Shown here piece by piece: positions 59,246-64,000 of a stretch of DNA of 64,000 nucleotides; positions within the stretch are counted from its first letter, which is position 1, and each line of letters opens with the position of its first letter. The notes beneath the pieces were generated by a model. The model had not been told where the DNA came from and did not search any database. It was given only the letters and a program-made list of their open reading frames with translations. Origin of the DNA: Actinomycetota bacterium. GTDB taxonomy: Bacteria > Actinomycetota > Actinomycetes > S36-B12 > UBA10799. The stretch spans positions 136,494-200,493 of the forward strand of contig JACJWU010000001.1 of assembly GCA_020636995.1 (NCBI GenBank), written 5' to 3'. Both the position numbers and the translations under genes were made by a program.

Positions 59246-60703
59246 ATGGCATACCAACCGACCTGGGAATCTGTCTCGAAGCACCCGGTCCCGCAGTGGT
59301 TCGACGACGCCAAACTCGGGGTCTTTCTGCGCTGGGGGCTGTATTCGGTTCCTGGTTGGGCCCCTCAGGTACCGGACATCCAGCAGATGCTGCGCGAGCA
59401 GGGACCCAGCGGCATGCTGCGCAACAACCCCTACGCGGAGTGGTACCTGAACTCGATGCGGATCACGGGCAGTCCCACCTGGGAGCACCATCGGGACACC
59501 TACGGTCCCGGTTCGACGTACGACGACTTCATCGCGACATTCGACGAACGCTCCGCCACGGCGGACCTCGATGCATTGGCCGGTGTCTGTCGGGCCGCCG
59601 GCGCTCAGTATGTGGTCCTCACGACCAAGCATCACGACGGCTTCACACTGTGGCCGTCGGAGTTGGCACACCCACACAAAGGGCACTACCACGCGCAGCG
59701 CGACCTCGTGGGCGATCTCAGTTCGGCGGTACGCGCCCAGGGGATGCGGATGGGGCTGTACTACTCGGGTGGCTATGACTGGCCGTTCAATGATGCGTTG
59801 CTGGCCAATGCCGGCGATGTCGCCCTCGCAGTGCCGCCGGGTGAGGACTACGCGCAGTACGCCGACGGTCATGTCCGGGAACTCATCGACTCGTATGCGC
59901 CGTCGGTGCTGTGGAACGACATCTGTTGGCCACCGGACGCCGACCTCGCGGCACTGTTCGCCTACTACTACAACGAGGTCGAGGAGGGTGTGGTCAACGA
60001 TCGGTGGTTGCAGCGAGCCATGCCGCGCAATCCGGTCTCCGATGCGACTGCGCGCGGGGCGGGATGGTTGGTGCAGGCGAGTTGGCGGGTCGTGCCCGAG
60101 AAACTGAAGAGTCTGACATTTCCGGCATCGACCCACTACGACTTCCGAACCCCCGAGTACGCGTCGTTCGACGAGATCGAGTCCAAGAAGTGGGAGGCCA
60201 CCCGGGGGGTGGGACATTCCTTCGGGGCGAACCGGAACGAGCGTCCCGAGGACATCATCACGGCGACCGGCGTGATCCGGATGCTGTGTGACGTCGTTTC
60301 CAAGAACGGCAACCTCCTCATCGGGATCGGCCCCGACGCCAGTGGCACCATTCCCGAAGAGCAGCAGGTCCCACTGCGTGGTCTGGGCGACTGGCTGGCC
60401 GTCAACGGCGAGGCGATCTACGGGACCCGGCCATGGACGGTGGCGTCGACCACGACCACCGAGGGGACGGAGGTCCGCTTCACCGTGCGTGGGGACCGGG
60501 TCTACGCGATCCTGCTCGATGCTCCGGGGGTGCGCCGGTTCGGGTTGCGGCGGGTCGGTCTCGGTGGCGACGAGGTGCGGCTGCTCGGGGTCGACACCGC
60601 GCTTCCGCCAGGTGATGGGCCGACAGTCGAGCTGCCGCCGCAGGTCCCGGTGAGCGCGGCCCTGGTGCTGGATCTCGGGACCGATGTGAGGTGGCTCGGA
60701 TAG
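59246..60703 (+). CDS. alpha-L-fucosidase, glycoside hydrolase family 29
   Basis: Contains WFDDAKLGVFLRWGLYSVPGW and YVVLTTKHHDGFTLWPS (GH29 nucleophile region). The chosen start is ATG 59246, preceded by GGGAG. No signal peptide is apparent. Confidence 0.85.
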   Translation: MAYQPTWESVSKHPVPQWFDDAKLGVFLRWGLYSVPGWAPQVPDIQQMLREQGPSGMLRNNPYAEWYLNSMRITGSPTWEHHRDTYGPGSTYDDFIATFDERSATADLDALAGVCRAAGAQYVVLTTKHHDGFTLWPSELAHPHKGHYHAQRDLVGDLSSAVRAQGMRMGLYYSGGYDWPFNDALLANAGDVALAVPPGEDYAQYADGHVRELIDSYAPSVLWNDICWPPDADLAALFAYYYNEVEEGVVNDRWLQRAMPRNPVSDATARGAGWLVQASWRVVPEKLKSLTFPASTHYDFRTPEYASFDEIESKKWEATRGVGHSFGANRNERPEDIITATGVIRMLCDVVSKNGNLLIGIGPDASGTIPEEQQVPLRGLGDWLAVNGEAIYGTRPWTVASTTTTEGTEVRFTVRGDRVYAILLDAPGVRRFGLRRVGLGGDEVRLLGVDTALPPGDGPTVELPPQVPVSAALVLDLGTDVRWLG

Positions 60704-60729
60704 TGCCGGTGACGGGCACCGCGCGCACG

Positions 60730-60808
60730 GATCCGTGAGCACTTCTGTGAAGCGTTAGCGTGGCGTCGCCTCCCGGGCGCTAACGGATCACCGCAGTGCT
60801 CACGGATC
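60730..60808. repeat. 79-bp extended-hairpin element, copy 2 (termini ATCCGTGAGC ... GCTCACGGAT)
   Basis: A 13-bp perfect inverted repeat (60730-60742 / 60796-60808) encloses a nested 8-bp repeat, CGTTAGCG (60753-60760) / CGCTAACG (60778-60785). The left end is part of the 12-bp palindrome CACGGATCCGTG (60727-60738). Confidence 0.65.
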
Positions 60809-60892
60809 TGCGGGCGCCTCGTTCGGCGCGATCCGAACGCAAACCGCGGAGTCGGTGTCCGTCGTCGCGGGGTGAGGGGGGAGAATGCCGGA

Positions 60893-61717
60893 ATGAAGCA
60901 CACCGAAGAGATGCACAAGGCTGCCGACGGCGTTGAGATCTACCGTCAGCAGTGGTTCCCCGACGATGAGCCGCGGGCAGTCGTCTGCCTCGTCCACGGT
61001 CTCGGGGAGCACTCCAGCCGTTACGGCCATCTCGCGAAGCGTTTCACCGACCAGGGCTTCGCGGTCTTCGCGATGGATCTGCGCGGACATGGCAAGTCGG
61101 CTGGAACTCGCGGGGACCTGCGCGTCACGCAAGCCGTGGAGGATGTGGACGAGTTGCTCGGCCAGGCCACCGCGCAGTTCCCCGGCCTGCCGGTGTTCAT
61201 CTACGGGCACAGCCTCGGCGGACTCATCACGATGACCTACACCGTGCAGCGCCGTCCGGAGATCGCCGGACAGGTCGCGTCGGCGCCCGCGCTGGACAGC
61301 GAACTGCGTGACCAGCGGGTCAAGTTCGCGCTGGCCAACCTGCTGGGCGGGGTCGCCCCGGGCATCATCCTGCCGACCGGCCTGGATGCCGACGGCGTCA
61401 GCCGCGATCCCGAGGTGGTGGCCGCGTACAAGGCCGACCCACTGGTCCACGACAAGGGGTCGACCGGGTTGGCCAAACAGACGTTCGCCGCGATGGATGC
61501 CATGATGGCGCAGTCGTCCTTCCCCGTGCCGCTGCTCATCATCCATGGCACCGCGGACCGGCTCACCGTGCCGGAAGCGAGCAAGACCTTCGTGAACAAC
61601 GTCACCGGCGATGTCACGCTGATCGAGTACGACGGCATGTTCCACGAGCCTCACAACGAGCCGGAGCAGCAAGAGGTGTTCGAGGACGTGCACGCGTGGA
61701 TGGAGTCACGGCTCTGA
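60893..61717 (+). CDS. alpha/beta hydrolase, monoacylglycerol-lipase-like (Rv0183-like)
   Basis: Contains HGLGEHSSRY, the GHSLGG nucleophile elbow and a C-terminal His region (FHEPHNE). The start is ATG 60893 or GTG 60872. Confidence 0.8.
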   Translation: MKHTEEMHKAADGVEIYRQQWFPDDEPRAVVCLVHGLGEHSSRYGHLAKRFTDQGFAVFAMDLRGHGKSAGTRGDLRVTQAVEDVDELLGQATAQFPGLPVFIYGHSLGGLITMTYTVQRRPEIAGQVASAPALDSELRDQRVKFALANLLGGVAPGIILPTGLDADGVSRDPEVVAAYKADPLVHDKGSTGLAKQTFAAMDAMMAQSSFPVPLLIIHGTADRLTVPEASKTFVNNVTGDVTLIEYDGMFHEPHNEPEQQEVFEDVHAWMESRL

Positions 61718-61726
61718 CCGTCGGCG

Positions 61727-62569
61727 ATGCCTGAGGTGGTTCTCCCCGGCGGCCGGGTGCTGGCCTATCGGGAGTACGGCGAGCCGTCCGGTCGCCCAGT
61801 CATCTGCAACCACGGCGGCCTGATGTGCGGTCAGGACATCTCGCCGGCTGACGCGGCGGCGCGTGACCTGCACCTGCGGCTGATCTCCCCGGATCGGCCG
61901 GGCATCGGGTCGTCGACTCTGAAGCGTGGCCGGATCACCGCCGACTGGGCCCACGACGTCGACAACCTGGCGGATGCGCTCGGGCTCGACGCGTTCGGAG
62001 CCTTCGGCTGGTCTCTGGGTGGGCAGTACGCGCTGGCTCTCGGAGTCCTGTTACCGCAGAGAACCACCGCTGTGGTGGTGGTGGCAGGGTGCCTCCCGGG
62101 ACTTGCACCCGAGCAGATGAACCCCACAGACCGCCGCTTCATGCGTGTCTCACAGGCCTCGGCACCGGCCGCGGCGGCAATGTTCGGGATCGTGCGGACG
62201 GTCGCCCAGCTGGCCCCCCGGGTCGTTCGTGACGCGACGATGCGCACCGTGTGTCCGGCCGATCGAGAGGTGCTGGCGGCGTTGCCGGATTCGGCTCTGG
62301 GGCAATGGATGGCGGCCGCCACGACTCGCCCCTCCGGAATGGTCGAGGAGTACCGGGTGCTGGGACGGCCGTGGGGATTCGACCTGTCAGGCATGCGGGC
62401 TCCCACGACCTACTGGCAGGGCGGCATGGACACACTGGTCCCGGCGCAGTGGGCTGACCGGCTGGGCGCGATGACTCCCGGCGCCACTGTCCGCACGGTC
62501 CCGGGTGATGGCCACTTCCTGGCGTACAGCCGCTGGCACGAGGTACTCGGGGCCTTCGCCGCGCGGTGA
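61727..62569 (+). CDS. alpha/beta-fold hydrolase
   Basis: 280 aa with the GWSLGG nucleophile motif, HGG near the N-terminus and a GDGHF His region near the C-terminus. Confidence 0.75.
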   Translation: MPEVVLPGGRVLAYREYGEPSGRPVICNHGGLMCGQDISPADAAARDLHLRLISPDRPGIGSSTLKRGRITADWAHDVDNLADALGLDAFGAFGWSLGGQYALALGVLLPQRTTAVVVVAGCLPGLAPEQMNPTDRRFMRVSQASAPAAAAMFGIVRTVAQLAPRVVRDATMRTVCPADREVLAALPDSALGQWMAAATTRPSGMVEEYRVLGRPWGFDLSGMRAPTTYWQGGMDTLVPAQWADRLGAMTPGATVRTVPGDGHFLAYSRWHEVLGAFAAR

Positions 62570-62629
62570 CGTCCGACCCCGTCCGCAGGTAGGGTCGGCG
62601 TAGAGGCGCCAACTCATCGGAGGGTGGAT

Positions 62630-63460
62630 ATGCACAACGTCGAGGGCAAGAACGTCCTGATCACCGGGGCAGCAATGGGTCTGGGGCGACTGTTCGCCGA
62701 GCGGGCCGTGGCCGAAGGTGCGGCAGCCGTGGTGCTGTGGGACGTCAATGAGCAGGCACTGGTGCAGACGGCCGACGAGCTGCAGGCCGCCGGAGGCTCG
62801 GTGTACGGCTACATCGTGGACGTGTCATCGGCCGATGAGATCGAGGCCACCGCAGCCATCGTGCGCGAGGAGATCGGGGAGATCGACGTCCTCTTCAACA
62901 ACGCCGGGATCGTGCGCGGGAACTCCTACTTCTGGGAGGTCGACGACGTCTCGCAGATCCAGTTGACGATGGCCATCAACTCCGTGGCACCCATGCTCGT
63001 GTCCCGGGAGTTCCTGCCAGGCATGATCGCGAAGACGTCGGAATGCCGGATCGTCAACATCGCGTCGTCGGCGGGTCTGGTCTCGAACCCGCGGATGTCG
63101 GTGTACGCGGCCTCGAAGTGGGCCGCCATCGGCTGGTCCGACTCGGTACGACTCGAACTGGAGCAGGCCGGCTACGAGCACATCAAGATCACGACCGTTT
63201 GTCCCACGTACATCAACACCGGGATGTTCGACGGCGCGAAGAAGATGCTGATGACCCCTATGCTCGAGCAGGAGGTCGTGGTGGACTCCACCTGGAAGGA
63301 GATGCTGCGTGGCGGTCCCTTCCTGTTGATCCCGTGGACGGCGAAGCTGAACAAGGTCCTCAGCGGGATCCTGCCCGTCGGAATCCGGGACTTCGTGCTG
63401 GACAAGGCAGGTGTCTACCACTCCATGGAGGAGTTCCAGGGCCACGATGACCTGAAGTAG
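62630..63460 (+). CDS. short-chain dehydrogenase/reductase (SDR)
   Basis: Contains TGAAMGLG (TGxxxGxG), NNAG and YAASK (YxxxK). ATG 62630 is preceded by GGAGGG. Confidence 0.85.
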   Translation: MHNVEGKNVLITGAAMGLGRLFAERAVAEGAAAVVLWDVNEQALVQTADELQAAGGSVYGYIVDVSSADEIEATAAIVREEIGEIDVLFNNAGIVRGNSYFWEVDDVSQIQLTMAINSVAPMLVSREFLPGMIAKTSECRIVNIASSAGLVSNPRMSVYAASKWAAIGWSDSVRLELEQAGYEHIKITTVCPTYINTGMFDGAKKMLMTPMLEQEVVVDSTWKEMLRGGPFLLIPWTAKLNKVLSGILPVGIRDFVLDKAGVYHSMEEFQGHDDLK

Positions 63461-63462
63461 TC

Positions 63463-63945
63463 ATGGCTGTCGAGATCGAGCGGAAGTTCCTGGTCGTCGG
63501 TGACCAGTGGCGGTCGGCGGTGACCTCGTCCACCCGGATCGTGCAGGGATACCTGGCCTCCACACCGGACGTGACGGTACGTGTACGGGTGCGTGGTGAT
63601 CGCGGGTATCTGACCATCAAGGGCCGAACCAGCGGGATCAGCCGCAGTGAGTTCGAGTTCGCGATCCCCGCCGACGACGCGGAGGCGATGCTGGGCGAGT
63701 TGGCGACGGGGCCGGTTGTGGAGAAGACCCGCCACCTGATCGACGTCGATGGTCACATCTGGGAACTCGATGTCTTCGCCGGGGCCAACGAGGGACTGGT
63801 CATGGCTGAGGTCGAGCTGCAGTCGGCCGGCGAGTCCTTCCGAAGGCCGGACTGGGCAGGCGACGAGGTGTCCGATGATCCGCGCTACTACAACGTGAAC
63901 CTGGCGAAGCACCCGTACTCGCGGTGGGGTGCCGACGCGACCTAA
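63463..63945 (+). CDS. CYTH-domain (triphosphate tunnel metalloenzyme) protein
   Basis: N-terminal EIERKFLV signature, alternating charged beta-strand pattern, 160 aa. Confidence 0.8.
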   Translation: MAVEIERKFLVVGDQWRSAVTSSTRIVQGYLASTPDVTVRVRVRGDRGYLTIKGRTSGISRSEFEFAIPADDAEAMLGELATGPVVEKTRHLIDVDGHIWELDVFAGANEGLVMAEVELQSAGESFRRPDWAGDEVSDDPRYYNVNLAKHPYSRWGADAT

Positions 63946-64000
63946 CTGTTCTCGGATCCCTGGTCCCAGTCCACGGCGTCCTGAACGTCCGGCAGCGGCT

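Noticed and set aside
58975-59313. 112-aa minus-strand and 146-aa plus-strand ORFs (59010-59450) spanning the AAA+/fucosidase intergenic region
   Set aside because: Both cross the intergenic region into the fucosidase gene out of frame, and neither has a recognisable motif or ribosome-binding site.
1-64000. Search for tRNA, rRNA, tmRNA, CRISPR arrays, transposases/integrases and prophage genes
   Set aside because: I saw no T-loop GGTTCGAATCC-type sequences in intergenic DNA, no regularly spaced direct repeats and no transposase- or integrase-like ORFs. By-eye scanning could miss small RNAs, so a covariance-model scan (Rfam/tRNAscan) is still advisable.

Overview
This is a high-GC actinobacterial chromosomal window, read by eye from the sequence and the supplied ORF track with no database searches. 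About 54 kb is conserved core. It contains the distal dcw cell-wall/division cluster (mraY partial, murD, ftsW, murG, murC, ftsQ, then ftsZ, pgeF, yggS, sepF, yggT), followed by ileS, a DUF167 gene, lspA, an rluD-like gene and dnaE. Next come hisD-hisC-hisB-hisH, thioredoxin, thyX, dapA, RNase J, ftsK, rimO, pgsA, a cinA-like gene and a clgR-like gene. A DNA-damage and replication neighbourhood follows: lhr, DUF3046-recA-recX, miaB, miaA, dapF, hflX, a dinG-like helicase, lexA, a chiZ-like LysM gene and nrdR-nrdJ. The last ~10 kb (53.9-64 kb) looks accessory: GGDEF-EAL, an EamA transporter, a split membrane gene, an AAA+/SHOCT/micropeptide operon, a GH29 fucosidase, two alpha/beta hydrolases, an SDR and a CYTH protein. 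I found no rRNA, tRNA, CRISPR array or transposase. Points worth a second look: (1) an opposite-strand multicopper-oxidase lipoprotein gene sits between ftsQ and ftsZ, with a repeated palindrome in the long ftsZ upstream region. (2) divIVA is missing at the yggT/ileS junction. (3) A ~79-bp extended-hairpin repeat with identical termini and identical 57-nt spacing occurs at two distant intergenic loci. (4) A dense CCGGTTAG repeat array with a 19-bp inverted repeat lies upstream of dnaE. (5) A translationally coupled operon encodes a CbbX/SpoVK-type AAA+ ATPase, a polytopic SHOCT membrane protein and a 35-aa hydrophobic peptide. (6) One gene appears to have only a CTG or AUC start available. (7) A 25-codon sORF plus a 17-bp hairpin lies ahead of the fucosidase gene. 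(8) LexA, RecA-NDp-like and SigR/SigH-like promoter elements are recognisable. The many long ORFs antisense to real genes are treated as GC-content artefacts.
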